DNA from: a virus
Lineage: Duplodnaviria; Caudoviricetes
Strand: one strand, 5' to 3'
Virus record (IMG/VR): IMGVR_UViG_2595698399_000001
Location: 1-64,000 of that record
DNA: 64,000 nucleotides
The notes under the pieces are model-generated. The model did no database searches. It saw only the letters and a list, made by a program, of their open reading frames with translations, and was not told the origin of the DNA. Position numbers and translations under genes: made by a program. Of the stretch, positions 19,247 through 29,008 are shown one piece after another. Within the stretch, counting starts at the first letter, position 1; the number at the start of each line of letters is the position of its first letter.

Positions 19247-20650
19247 TTATTTCTTTTTCCAAGGTTTAAATCTGTCGTAATCACCTGCCATTATGCTTCC
19301 ATAAGGCATTATTTTATCTAATACGTCTCCAAGTCCAAAACTCTCCATTTGGTCTTGTACTGTATCTGCGTTCTTATAAGCGGATGGCAACTCAGAGATA
19401 TCTATCTCTCCTGAGAAGAATCTTATATCTAACCCTGCAGTCTCGTCTTTGAATATCTGAGGGTTGCTCTTGGCTGACATACTTCTCTTATGTGCTGCTC
19501 TACTTACATTTCTACCTGCACCGTGTGGAGCAAATCCTAAGTTTGTTCTTGTAGTTTTTCCTTTTACTATTAGTATAGGCTCTGCCATGTTTAAAGGTAT
19601 TAGTCTTAGACCCTCTGTAGAATCCGGTACAAACTTATCATCTAAAGGGGTTGCGCCTTTGGCATGGTAGAACTTATCTCCGTCCTTGAATACAAAATTG
19701 TGCTCATTCCAAAAAGATCTTATTGGAGTAGTCTTCAACTTGTTTGCTACCCTATTGTGTATAGAAGAGTGGTTTAATTTAGTCCATTCTCTTAGTATTT
19801 GCAAAGCCTCCCAATACAACTCTCCTTCTTTTTCTTCAAAAGGTATCCAAGCATTCATCGGGTCTGTTTTAGGGCTTAATTGCTTTCTAAATCTCTCTGC
19901 GGTATGCATCCCTTTTTTATAGACACTAGAACCAAACCCTCTAGACCCATGGTGCGTTACCATCATCGTTCTTCCGGTAGCTTCTGACACCCCTACGAAT
20001 AAGAAGTGGTTACCGTCTCCCTGTGTTCCCATGTGCATCCTAGCCTTCTCTATGTAATCTTTAGTGAAGTAGTTCTCTTCTATTCTACTTGTAAGTAGAG
20101 ACTCTCCATCTAATATAGATGACCAACCTCCTAATCCTCTCCTACCCCCTGGGCCAAATTGAGTTGTCTCAAATGCAATATCCATAACATCTTTTGGTTT
20201 AACTCCTTCGGCAAACTCCGTGGCGTACACAGAGCAGCAAATATCTGCTGAATGAAAACCGGGATGTATTGCGTTTTTAGTTACTACTACAGAGCCTACT
20301 GGTATCTGACCTAGCTTCCCTGTGGGGCATGCATCTGGCATTATAGTTCCGTCTACAATAGTAGGAGTCTTCATAAGACTGTCCATGGACATCTTTACTA
20401 GATCTACATTGTCTTGCTCCTTTTCGTTGGTTGGTAAAATGTTGATAGTGTAACTCACAGGATTTTTATGTAGTCCTATAGTTGGGGGAGGTAAGTACTT
20501 ATTACACGAAAATACTATTTCGTCGTCCGTTAACCTCCTACCTAATATTTTTAGAAATTGCTTCTCTTGGGCGTTAAGCTCGTCAATAGCTTCTCCAAAC
20601 CATTTACTTGGCTTATACCCTAATTCAATCAGAGTTTTTCCTGTTACCAT
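19247..20650 (-). CDS. rtcB: RtcB family RNA ligase (3'-phosphate/2',3'-cyclic phosphate to 5'-OH)
   Basis: MPDAC, SADICC, GTQGDGNHF, HHGSRG, EHN, HAKGAT, HGAGR, ELPSAYK. Confidence 0.93.
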   Translation of the reverse strand: MVTGKTLIELGYKPSKWFGEAIDELNAQEKQFLKILGRRLTDDEIVFSCNKYLPPPTIGLHKNPVSYTINILPTNEKEQDNVDLVKMSMDSLMKTPTIVDGTIMPDACPTGKLGQIPVGSVVVTKNAIHPGFHSADICCSVYATEFAEGVKPKDVMDIAFETTQFGPGGRRGLGGWSSILDGESLLTSRIEENYFTKDYIEKARMHMGTQGDGNHFLFVGVSEATGRTMMVTHHGSRGFGSSVYKKGMHTAERFRKQLSPKTDPMNAWIPFEEKEGELYWEALQILREWTKLNHSSIHNRVANKLKTTPIRSFWNEHNFVFKDGDKFYHAKGATPLDDKFVPDSTEGLRLIPLNMAEPILIVKGKTTRTNLGFAPHGAGRNVSRAAHKRSMSAKSNPQIFKDETAGLDIRFFSGEIDISELPSAYKNADTVQDQMESFGLGDVLDKIMPYGSIMAGDYDRFKPWKKK

Positions 20651-20677
20651 TCTTATTGATTTAATTGATTTATATTG

Positions 20678-20817
20678 TTCCTTAGAGAGGATTCGAACCT
20701 CCGTGTAAAAGCCTGCCCATAACTATATATCTCGTTATAGGCAGACACAGTTTACATTTCTATAAAGCCTTGTACTTCGGCCTTAATCATAGACTATAAC
20801 CACTTGTCTACTAAGGA
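20678..20817 (-). ncRNA. 140-nt enlarged tRNA-like RNA directly upstream of rtcB
   Basis: TCCTTAG/CTAAGGA acceptor stem, GAC-AAGTGGTTATA-GTC D-arm, GGAGG-TTCGAAT-CCTCT T-arm; central ~90 nt form two long hairpins. Confidence 0.75.
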
Positions 20818-20828
20818 AGTCTTTTTAA

Positions 20829-21236
20829 TTAGTCACAACCGCAGTCGTCACAATCTCCTTTATCACAACCTTTTTTTGAAGGCGATACGAAGCTTATCCC
20901 TCCATCGGGATCTATGTCTACAACTTCGTCTCCAACTAACATTCCTAGAGACTTTCTAAGATCTTTCTCTCTAAAGGCGGCCATAAGACCTTGCTCTGTC
21001 ATAGATGCTAAGAATTGGCACACGATTAAGTCTACTTCTTTTTCCTCGAACTCTAAGTGGAAGTCGTTGAAGATATCTGTCGTATCTAAGTTGTTTGTAT
21101 CTTGAAGCAAGATGTCTATCTTACCTGCTAAGAACCCCTGAACTCTAGTTAATACCCCAGTTGCCTCCTCGTCCGTGTACCCTAAGTGCTCTAAGATAGT
21201 TGGTGTTTTCGTCTTGTCTACTTTAATTTTTGCCAT
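20829..21236 (-). CDS. hypothetical protein
   Basis: 135 aa, Cys/Asp-rich C-terminus (CDKGDCDDCGCD). Confidence 0.6.
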   Translation of the reverse strand: MAKIKVDKTKTPTILEHLGYTDEEATGVLTRVQGFLAGKIDILLQDTNNLDTTDIFNDFHLEFEEKEVDLIVCQFLASMTEQGLMAAFREKDLRKSLGMLVGDEVVDIDPDGGISFVSPSKKGCDKGDCDDCGCD

Positions 21237-21250
21237 AATTTTAAATTTAA

Positions 21251-21682
21251 TTAATTGATTCTACTGTCTAATTTTTCTCTTACTTTTTTGTACTTCCTAT
21301 AGTACCCCTTAGTGGCTTCTATCTTATATCCTTGGTATACACCCCCATTATGGTTTCTTACTATAACCTCTGCTGTAGGGCTTTTACCATACTTCTTTAG
21401 GTATCTCTCTATACCAATGGTGGCATATAACTTGAACACCTCTTCGGCACACTCTACGTTAAACATATCTTTGTGCCTGTATGATGTTCCGAACCTCCTG
21501 TTTACGTCTTTAACACAGGCCTTTTGTATTTGTAGTATCCCGAACGACCTCCCGTTGTCGCCTATTGCATCTGGGTTATTGTTGGATTCGATATACTTTA
21601 AAGCCTCTATTATCTTGTCTAAATCCGCTGCATGAGACTCAACGCTGAACAAAACTACGGATAATAATATGAATAATCGCAT
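21251..21682 (-). CDS. lysozyme-like/lytic transglycosylase with signal peptide
   Basis: Signal-peptide-like N-terminus (ESHA-A); IESNNNPDAIGDNGRSFGILQI; RNHNGG. Confidence 0.75.
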   Translation of the reverse strand: MRLFILLSVVLFSVESHAADLDKIIEALKYIESNNNPDAIGDNGRSFGILQIQKACVKDVNRRFGTSYRHKDMFNVECAEEVFKLYATIGIERYLKKYGKSPTAEVIVRNHNGGVYQGYKIEATKGYYRKYKKVREKLDSRIN

Positions 21683-21694
21683 AATTTATTACTT

Positions 21695-22231
21695 TTATTT
21701 TTTAGGTAACATCCTAATGATCGGTTTAAGTCTGTCCTCTATAATACTTAATTGCTCTGAGTTCAACCCTTTTAACTGCATTAGAATATTGAATACTTTT
21801 TCGTTCCTAACCTGCCTTAATATGTAGTCTGTCTCTAATCTCACGGTGTCTTCTAACCCGTTAATCTCTTTGTCTAGCTTATCTCTAGCTTCGTATAAAG
21901 ACCTCATAGACTCACTTAAAAAGGAGTTAGATTTACTTATTTTCATAGAGAATGGATTGAAGGATTTTATAGCCCTATCGTACTTGTACAGCACCCTCTC
22001 TTCTCTTCTTTGTAGCATCTTTGAAACAGATACTCTATCCCTACCGTCCGCAATCATTCCCATCTCTGCGTGGGAAGCTTTGGTGTAGTTGCAAGATAAT
22101 ATGTAGTACATGGTCAGCGCCTCTAAAAAAACCACTTTTCTAGTTCTACTCCTTGTTGATATATCTTGACCAGTCGCCTTTTTAACGTAGTCCTTTATAG
22201 AGTTTAACTCTGCCCTAAGTTCGTTATCCAT
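21695..22231 (-). CDS. hypothetical protein (possible DnaA C-terminal-like HTH)
   Basis: SRTRKVV...SHAEMG...RDRVSV pattern. Confidence 0.45.
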   Translation of the reverse strand: MDNELRAELNSIKDYVKKATGQDISTRSRTRKVVFLEALTMYYILSCNYTKASHAEMGMIADGRDRVSVSKMLQRREERVLYKYDRAIKSFNPFSMKISKSNSFLSESMRSLYEARDKLDKEINGLEDTVRLETDYILRQVRNEKVFNILMQLKGLNSEQLSIIEDRLKPIIRMLPKK

Positions 22232-22610
22232 TATACTCTATTTCACTAGGTCTTACCACACTTTTAACATATTGACTACAGGAATGGCATGAGTAGTAAG
22301 CAGTTGGGTCTATAGCGCAATCTTTTATCCATTTAAAACTTTGAGACCCGTATCTAGACTCATCTACTGAAAACTCTTCCCAATTTCCGCACTCACACTT
22401 TATAGTCTGTCTCCAATCTAGGGAATCTATCCAAGATACAATATTAGAGCTAATAGAGGTGTGTTCTGTGCCCTTAGGAAAGTATTCACTACTTTTGAAC
22501 AAGTCATACACCCTATGTATAATAGTATATTGATACTCCGGACTAAAATTCTTAAATTCTGTGTCGTATTTTGAGTATATTACCGAGAATATGTATAGCT
22601 CTAATTCCAT
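22224..22610 (-). CDS. hypothetical Zn-ribbon protein
   Basis: CECG and CHSC. Confidence 0.55.
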   Translation of the reverse strand: MELELYIFSVIYSKYDTEFKNFSPEYQYTIIHRVYDLFKSSEYFPKGTEHTSISSNIVSWIDSLDWRQTIKCECGNWEEFSVDESRYGSQSFKWIKDCAIDPTAYYSCHSCSQYVKSVVRPSEIEYNG

Positions 22611-22772
22611 ATCTTTTATTTAAGTATTATATTTTCCCTTATCCATTGATTAGCTATCCTATAGGCCCTCTCTAATAAGGGGGCCTCTTTAGGAAGAACT
22701 GGCGATATATTCACCTCTTTATCAGCTTTGTGGTGTATGTAAATCTGTACGATGGCTATTTTCTCCTCTACA

Positions 22773-23045
22773 CTAGTCCTTAACATTGATAGTGTTTTTT
22801 AGGTCTACGTATACCATCTCTCTGGCGTCGTGATCGAAGTATTCAAACTTCGTTACCCTACCCGTAACCACCACCTCTTTTGAGATAGGGAAGGGTATTA
22901 ATCCGGTATCGTCAAAGGTACTACCAATGTCTCCACCTTTGTGGAATAAAGGGTTTACTAATTTGCCATTTACGAAATGGTTTCCTGTACTGTCTAACTT
23001 GTGTATGTCTTTTAAAATGACATCTTCGAATTTTTCTGTATACAT
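22773..23045 (-). CDS. hypothetical protein
   Basis: 90-aa ORF in operon. Confidence 0.55.
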   Translation of the reverse strand: MYTEKFEDVILKDIHKLDSTGNHFVNGKLVNPLFHKGGDIGSTFDDTGLIPFPISKEVVVTGRVTKFEYFDHDAREMVYVDLKNTINVKD

Positions 23046-23069
23046 ATATTTGTTTTAATTATTACTTTA

Positions 23070-24398
23070 TTATACCTCTTCTTCTACTTCTTCGTCTTCT
23101 TCTAACTCTTCTACCCAATCTCCGTCAGAGTTTTTAAACCACCCTCTATCTTCGTAAACTTCGTCTATGTAATCTGTATGTACACTAACGTCTAAGTCTT
23201 CTAGGTACTCTATTTCTTCGTTAGGTTGAAGTCTTTCACTCCACTCGCAAACAGAGTAGTCCTCTAGATGGACGTATTCTAACCTATATTCGCAGAAGGC
23301 TATCATTTCGTCCTCTTTATAATAATTTCTTGAGTAAATTTCTCCTACTCTAGTTATTGATACAACATCATCGTTTAAGTAATATTCTCCATCTACCTCT
23401 GAGCAATTATCATAGTGAGTGTATAGCTCTCTGTATTCTATGTATACTGCATCTTCCTCGTTTATATTACACTCGTCGATTTCATCCCAAATTTGATTCA
23501 TTTGTTGGTCTGGCTCTTCTTGTGCGAAAAATACTGATCTTGAAACACAGTCAGAGAAGTTTCTAACTCCGTCTGTAGATACATAAGAGAACGTGTCCAT
23601 GTAAGGGTAAACTGAGTATGATACTTCACTTAATGGTATAGTAACCTCATCATTTGTAGTAGAGCCGTCAGGATTCACCCAAGAGTTATTTGTTCCGCAG
23701 TTTTGGTGGAGTTTGTGACTCCATCCTTTACTTTTAGCGTATATTTTAAAGGCCTCTGTTATATGGTCGTTTGCATAGATTCTATCTAACCAAGTACGAC
23801 CCTCTGAACACTTCCAAACCAAGGCTCTACCCCTAACCATACCATCGTCGTTCAATAGGACTAATATACTACAATGATCTTCGTTGTCTACGTATATACT
23901 ACAAGCATCTTGGCAGTTGTCATACCTCATACAAGAACTTCCTAAACTACCTATATTAAAGCCGGATTCGTCGTAGTTATCTTCTAAGTATGCCCATCTT
24001 ATATCCTCTCCTGATAAGACTTTAAAAGAGCCTTCTAATTTATACTTAGCCTTAATTAAATTTACTAGAGCCTCTAGCTCGCTAAGTACTAAAAGTTCTT
24101 CCTTACCTCTCTCTTTCATTAGCTTAGATAAGATTTTACCATATCTACCTTCTTGCCTATCCTCGTTTGAGTAAGCAAGCCCTCCTACGATTAACTTAAC
24201 TTCTTTACCTTTAGGAAGGAATCTCATAACCCCCATTGCATCTATATCTATACACTTTATTCCGTCAACGTCGTCCGGCGCTTCTTGGTGGTATATGTCA
24301 ACCAAATGCTCTACTAACTTACCTACTTTAGGATTTCCGTGGTGAGACATAAGCTCAATCATAAAATCTCTAGCTATGTATTTTTTATCTATACTCAT
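23070..24398 (-). CDS. conserved-type phage protein with acidic repeat C-terminus
   Basis: GSLGSSCMRY, RGRALVW, WLDRIY, YPYMDTF; acidic Cys/His-containing repeats. Confidence 0.6.
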   Translation of the reverse strand: MSIDKKYIARDFMIELMSHHGNPKVGKLVEHLVDIYHQEAPDDVDGIKCIDIDAMGVMRFLPKGKEVKLIVGGLAYSNEDRQEGRYGKILSKLMKERGKEELLVLSELEALVNLIKAKYKLEGSFKVLSGEDIRWAYLEDNYDESGFNIGSLGSSCMRYDNCQDACSIYVDNEDHCSILVLLNDDGMVRGRALVWKCSEGRTWLDRIYANDHITEAFKIYAKSKGWSHKLHQNCGTNNSWVNPDGSTTNDEVTIPLSEVSYSVYPYMDTFSYVSTDGVRNFSDCVSRSVFFAQEEPDQQMNQIWDEIDECNINEEDAVYIEYRELYTHYDNCSEVDGEYYLNDDVVSITRVGEIYSRNYYKEDEMIAFCEYRLEYVHLEDYSVCEWSERLQPNEEIEYLEDLDVSVHTDYIDEVYEDRGWFKNSDGDWVEELEEDEEVEEEV

Positions 24399-24428
24399 TA
24401 TACTTCTTTTTTTGATTTGATAGTGTTT

Positions 24429-25499
24429 TTATCTTTCTTGGTAATTGTTATACTTATTTGTATACTCTCCGCATGAGAAGCACCAATCGGCGTCTTCGTT
24501 TGCATCGTACATTAGGTCAATTCCGTCGCATTGTTCGCAAAGGCACATTAGCCCTAAAGGCTCTCCTTTTGAGTTAAATGGATTCTCTTCTTGGCTACTA
24601 CTAGGATACTCTTTTTCAGAAGATTTACTACTGCTAAACTCTACCCAATTACCTTTCTTATTAAAGTACCCATTTTCAAACTTCCCCGGCAACTCTTCTT
24701 CTCTGTAAGATTTAGGGTATCTAGATTTACTCTTTAGAGAGTTTCTCCAAACTGTTCCAGAGATAGATTTTACTATTTCGTCTACTAAATCTCTAGTTCT
24801 AAATACATCTTCTATTATAATGATCTCATCATCACAATGTGGTCTATAGTATCCACATGATATATTTGCAGAGCAAACCTCTAAGCCGTTCAGGCATAGT
24901 TGGTATACATCTGTCATACCCCCTTTTGTAGTCTCTACTTTTCCGTACTTTTCAAGTATTCCTGAGATTGCGTTAGAGAATGCCCTATCCGATAGAACCA
25001 CTCCGTATATCTCTGTTACGAAGTCTTTATATCCTTGTCTATCACATTGTAGTACAAACTCTACATCTTTAAAGAACCTCATATCTGCATCCATTGAACC
25101 TAGGCACCCCATTTCCTCATCTCTAAAGAAGGCTACCTTAATGTAATCATTGTTTCTTAAGGCTTCTAAGGCTATATAAATACCAACCTTGTCATCTCCT
25201 CCTATACCCATTTGCAAGCCCTTTCTCATGTTCATTGCGAACATTGTTATACCGTCGTCGAATACCGTCATGTCAGACTGTATTTCGTGTACTGTATCCG
25301 TGTGGGCTACAACACATGGATAAGTGTCTGCATAACCTTTAGTTATGTAGATGTTCTCGTCCTCAATTACAATGCAGTAATTGTCAGGATCGTCTGCTGA
25401 GATAGATTCAAACTCGTCTGAGATAAAGTCTATCATGTCTTGTGTTTCGTAGGACTCTGACTGAATAGCCATCACCTTTTTTAATCTTTCTTTACTCAA
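24429..25499 (-). CDS. M20/M28-family zinc peptidase-like protein
   Basis: VAHTDTVH, GGDDKVG, DEEMGC, QCDR, GYYRPH; C-terminal Zn ribbon; TTG start. Confidence 0.8.
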   Translation of the reverse strand: MSKERLKKVMAIQSESYETQDMIDFISDEFESISADDPDNYCIVIEDENIYITKGYADTYPCVVAHTDTVHEIQSDMTVFDDGITMFAMNMRKGLQMGIGGDDKVGIYIALEALRNNDYIKVAFFRDEEMGCLGSMDADMRFFKDVEFVLQCDRQGYKDFVTEIYGVVLSDRAFSNAISGILEKYGKVETTKGGMTDVYQLCLNGLEVCSANISCGYYRPHCDDEIIIIEDVFRTRDLVDEIVKSISGTVWRNSLKSKSRYPKSYREEELPGKFENGYFNKKGNWVEFSSSKSSEKEYPSSSQEENPFNSKGEPLGLMCLCEQCDGIDLMYDANEDADWCFSCGEYTNKYNNYQER

Positions 25500-25562
25500 T
25501 TTAATTGTGTTTATAGTTACGTGATTGCAATATTGCCTTACACGTTAATATTTTGATAGTGT

Positions 25563-26189
25563 TTATATGATCCCTTCTCTCTCTAGGGCATTTCTTATAG
25601 CATCCATACTGCTTTTGTCTATAAACACTCCGCTGCTCAATGTCATATGTTTGATGTACCTGTTTAAATGACCCTTAAAAAACTCTACACTTATCTTAGC
25701 GCACCCGTAGTCAACTGTCTTTTTATCAAGAGAGATAGACCCCGTGTATCCGTTTACCTTGGGTAAAGAATTAATAGCCTCTATTTCCGCTATTGTTGCA
25801 AGCCTTACATTTTTGTCTATATCAACTCCACCTAATTCGGTCTTGTACATATATCCACCTATGTAGACACTTATTGGGCCGGTTATTTTGAAAGTCCTAT
25901 CCTCTGTATTGTTCATCCAGTAGTTCTTCTTATCCCCTCTCTCGTATCTAACTGTTATATAGTCGCCTTCCTTGTACTTATTGATAAAGTTAAGAGCTTC
26001 GTGTATTTCATTCAAACTGGCTAAATACTCTCTATCCTTATTTCTAATTAAGTTTTGAGCCCTTTTATAGATAGATTTAGATAACGGATTGTATACTATT
26101 ATACCTCCGTCAGAATTTCGTAAGCAGGTCATCCGAACCGTATTATCTTGATAATCTAAATCTGCTGTAAATATTTCTGATATCTCCAT
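25563..26189 (-). CDS. hypothetical protein
   Basis: 208-aa ORF, VRLATIAEI motif. Confidence 0.6.
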   Translation of the reverse strand: MEISEIFTADLDYQDNTVRMTCLRNSDGGIIVYNPLSKSIYKRAQNLIRNKDREYLASLNEIHEALNFINKYKEGDYITVRYERGDKKNYWMNNTEDRTFKITGPISVYIGGYMYKTELGGVDIDKNVRLATIAEIEAINSLPKVNGYTGSISLDKKTVDYGCAKISVEFFKGHLNRYIKHMTLSSGVFIDKSSMDAIRNALEREGII

Positions 26190-26296
26190 GTCTTTGTTTT
26201 AAAGGTTTGATACTATGTAAAACATTACTGCTAACACTAGTATATTAATTACTGTTATTACTGCCACTACCTTTCGGTCTTCTTTACTTGCCTTCA

Positions 26297-26782
26297 TTAA
26301 TACTTGCTTATTACTTTACTAATTAATGGTTTATCCCAATCTATCCAATCTGCAAAGTCCTGTGTAACATCTCCGCTAAAGATTACTAAATCTATCTTAG
26401 ATACATTAGACCTTTTGATTGCATTCTTATAGACTTTCCCTATAGTCTTTCCGGACTCTACAAAATCATCTACTATTATATTGAATGCATTGTTTTTACA
26501 GTCTACTCTACTACTGTGAGATTTTTCTCCATCTTTCTTTACGTGTATGATCCATATATCATTACTTTCGTTAGATATCTCATTCAATATTATGGCGGCT
26601 GTTATAGCCCCAGAGGATCCCATACAGAATATGTTCATCCTTTCTAACTTACTCTTACTAAACTCGATATTTACTATTTTAGCCATCGATTTAAGAGTGT
26701 TTAGGGATTCGTTAAGTACAGCCCCTAATGGATACCCTAAATGGTGTAACCTTCCGTCTTTTTCGTAAATAGTTTTTGACAT
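26297..26782 (-). CDS. phosphoribosyltransferase-fold protein
   Basis: PRPP-binding loop IIVDDFVESGKT; GSSGA. Confidence 0.8.
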   Translation of the reverse strand: MSKTIYEKDGRLHHLGYPLGAVLNESLNTLKSMAKIVNIEFSKSKLERMNIFCMGSSGAITAAIILNEISNESNDIWIIHVKKDGEKSHSSRVDCKNNAFNIIVDDFVESGKTIGKVYKNAIKRSNVSKIDLVIFSGDVTQDFADWIDWDKPLISKVISKY

Positions 26783-26805
26783 CTTTATTGTTTTGTGATT
26801 ATTAG

Positions 26806-27164
26806 TGGAGGCGGAGGGAATCGAACCCTCGTCCAGAGCACTTAATCGTTAATGTTTTATACAGCTTTTGCGTAGTATCGTTACACACGGCATTTCTTTA
26901 GACTCTTTATGCTAGAGGGGCCAACCATAGTTATGATTGAAGCTCCACCAAACTGTTTTGAGAAAACAGATAAAACGGTCAGCTTATACCCCTACTGCTA
27001 CTTCAAGGTTAAGGATAGCGTTTACCGCTTCCATATTAGCTTCGATCTGTGCGTTTACCGCATTCGTGTTGTTTCCGTTTAAAGAATTTCACCTTAGTTT
27101 GTGCAGTTATCTCTCTGCGCTGAACATTAACGACTGTTATACCCTGTCAAAACCAGTCGCCCCC
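26806..27164 (-). ncRNA. ssrA: tmRNA (SsrA); predicted tag GNNTNAVNAQIEANMEAVNAILNLEVAVGV* (26984-27076)
   Basis: 5' GGGGGCGACTGGTTTTGACAG, 3' GGACGAGGGTTCGATTCCCTCCGCCTCCA; G3.U70 alanine identity pair; TAAAC|GGA resume context. Confidence 0.92.
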
Positions 27165-27457
27165 TTTTTTAACTCATTGAGATACCTAGCGTATCCAATT
27201 CCTTTTTTAAATATTTCGTAAAAGCTTGTACCTCTATCGCTGCCATCCATACTTCAAATGGCATTTTCTCACCTTTCTTTTTATCTTCGCTCATATAAGT
27301 CCTCCCTCTTTTCTATTAACCTGTTTACAGTTATGTTTATTAACCCTATTAAAAATGCAGCTACAGAATACTCAAGGTTATCCGAGTCTGATAGGTACAT
27401 TAATGCCGCTGAAACGAAGCATATTTTAGATATAATTTTACGCATTTTGATAGTGTT

Positions 27458-27706
27458 TTAATCTCTCTCTTCAAATAATAGTCTATACAACCCTACTACA
27501 AGTGCGGTCAGTATTGAAGACCCAACAAATACGAGGAATACTGACGCTATAATAGAGGTTAACATCCCCAATCCCCCTATAACAGATAGTACAGGGCTAC
27601 TATTTAAGTAGTCTTCATCTAGGAAGAGGTACATAGCTAGGGGAGATGCTACAGAACATACTATTAAGAAGTCTACAACCCATTTAATAATCTTTCTATT
27701 TTTCAT
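27458..27706 (-). CDS. small membrane protein
   Basis: Two hydrophobic helices. Confidence 0.55.
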   Translation of the reverse strand: MKNRKIIKWVVDFLIVCSVASPLAMYLFLDEDYLNSSPVLSVIGGLGMLTSIIASVFLVFVGSSILTALVVGLYRLLFEERD

Positions 27707-27879
27707 AGCCTAATATTTTGATAGTATTGCATCAGCCATACTATTAATGTCGTCTGCTATTTGTTCCCTCTCTCCGTGTGGAATACTGTCTAACTTTTGC
27801 TCTAGTTTTTCTATAGCTTCCATTGCAAATACGTAATCTAAATCCATTGCCATAACTTTATTTGTGTTTATTATATTAA

Positions 27880-28584
27880 TTATTGTATGTAAGAGAAAAT
27901 ATCTTCTGTACCAATTATGTTGTGCTCTACATCCTCCGAAGCGAATGATATACTTTCTATCGCAGCCTTTTGACCGTGATTCATTATTATTGCCTTTGCA
28001 AGGTCTTTTACTAAGCCTCTTGTGTTTAATAAATTTAAACCTATTTCAAAATGACTTTCCCCGTTATCGAACATCTCTAAAAACCATTCGTATGTAGAGT
28101 CTCCGTTAAGGTGAGCCGCAGTGAGTATATCCTCTTCGTAAATCGATCCAATAGTCTCTGCATCAAATGTCATTAAATCTTCGTATACTAAATCAGTGCA
28201 TGAACCCCCTTTTAACATGAATAAGTCTCTACTTGAACTTCCATCGATCTCTACTTCTACATAATCCCGTCTTGTGCCCCTTCTTAAAAACTTTTCTATA
28301 GACTTCACCACACTACCTAAATTAAGCACCTTGTTTAAATCTAAGTGACTAGATATGATCGATAGGGCTTCGTGTCTAAGCGATCCTTCGGCTTCACTAA
28401 CCTTTATTTTTTTGGATCCTAGTTTATTCCACTCCACTACTTCATTAAAGACTTCATTGAGCATCTCATCAGTAATGTCAATCCCTTTCTTAACGCCCTT
28501 TTTTATATCTACTACTGAACCAATCGGAACAGAACTCCCTATTACTCTAGGGGTGTATAAAGTGTTTAGTCTTATTATTCCCAT
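27880..28584 (-). CDS. hypothetical protein
   Basis: 234-aa ORF directly downstream of tRNA-Glu. Confidence 0.6.
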   Translation of the reverse strand: MGIIRLNTLYTPRVIGSSVPIGSVVDIKKGVKKGIDITDEMLNEVFNEVVEWNKLGSKKIKVSEAEGSLRHEALSIISSHLDLNKVLNLGSVVKSIEKFLRRGTRRDYVEVEIDGSSSRDLFMLKGGSCTDLVYEDLMTFDAETIGSIYEEDILTAAHLNGDSTYEWFLEMFDNGESHFEIGLNLLNTRGLVKDLAKAIIMNHGQKAAIESISFASEDVEHNIIGTEDIFSYIQ

Positions 28585-28604
28585 GACTAGTTTGTATTAA
28601 TTAG

Positions 28605-28676
28605 TACTCTCTATAGGATTCGAACCTATGTTTTTCGGATGAAAACCGAATGTCCTTACCGCTAGACGAAAAGAGC
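28605..28676 (-). tRNA. tRNA-Glu(UUC), copy A
   Basis: GCTCTTT/AGAGAGT, TTCGG-TTTTCAT-CCGAA, ATAGG-TTCGAAT-CCTAT. Confidence 0.9.
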
Positions 28677-28678
28677 AG

Positions 28679-28710
28679 AAAAAGCTAGTAAACATTGCTA
28701 CTAGCTTTTA
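28679..28710 (-). terminator. terminator-like hairpin immediately upstream of tRNA-Glu copy A
   Basis: Minus-strand AAAAGCTAGTA-GCAATGTT-TACTAGCTTTTTT. Confidence 0.55.
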
Positions 28711-28735
28711 TTATATATGTATTTGATAGTGTTTC

Positions 28736-29008
28736 TTAAGAGTCTCCGAATAATTCCTTAACTTCTTTTTCGGCTATTTCATACCCTTTTTGATAATCGG
28801 ATACTACCATAGTTTGCTCTACGATTTTAGATAGAGATAAGCTCTTGCTTGACCTTAAATTCTCCAACTTTTGCTTTTCTTTGCTTAACTGCAATTTTGT
28901 TGCCAATAAGTCTGCCTTGGCTTGCAACTCTGCCTGTTCCACGTCGTGCGCTAATTGCTCTGCCCCCGTCTGTCCTTCCGTCTTCTGTAATCTGCTCTTG
29001 TAATTCAT
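28736..29008 (-). CDS. coiled-coil protein, paralog of 29673..29963; overlaps 28827..29642
   Basis: EQAELQAKADLLATK vs QEASLQADSSILETK; both end in ..FG(DS/A). Confidence 0.65.
   Translation of the reverse strand: MNYKSRLQKTEGQTGAEQLAHDVEQAELQAKADLLATKLQLSKEKQKLENLRSSKSLSLSKIVEQTMVVSDYQKGYEIAEKEVKELFGDS

Noticed and set aside
20678-20817. YrlA/Y RNA or a group I intron-containing tRNA
   Set aside because: No Ro60/Rsr gene in the window; the ends form a normal acceptor stem rather than the YrlA arrangement; the insert is far too short for a group I intron.
26937-27221. 94-aa plus-strand ORF
   Set aside because: It is antisense to the tmRNA.
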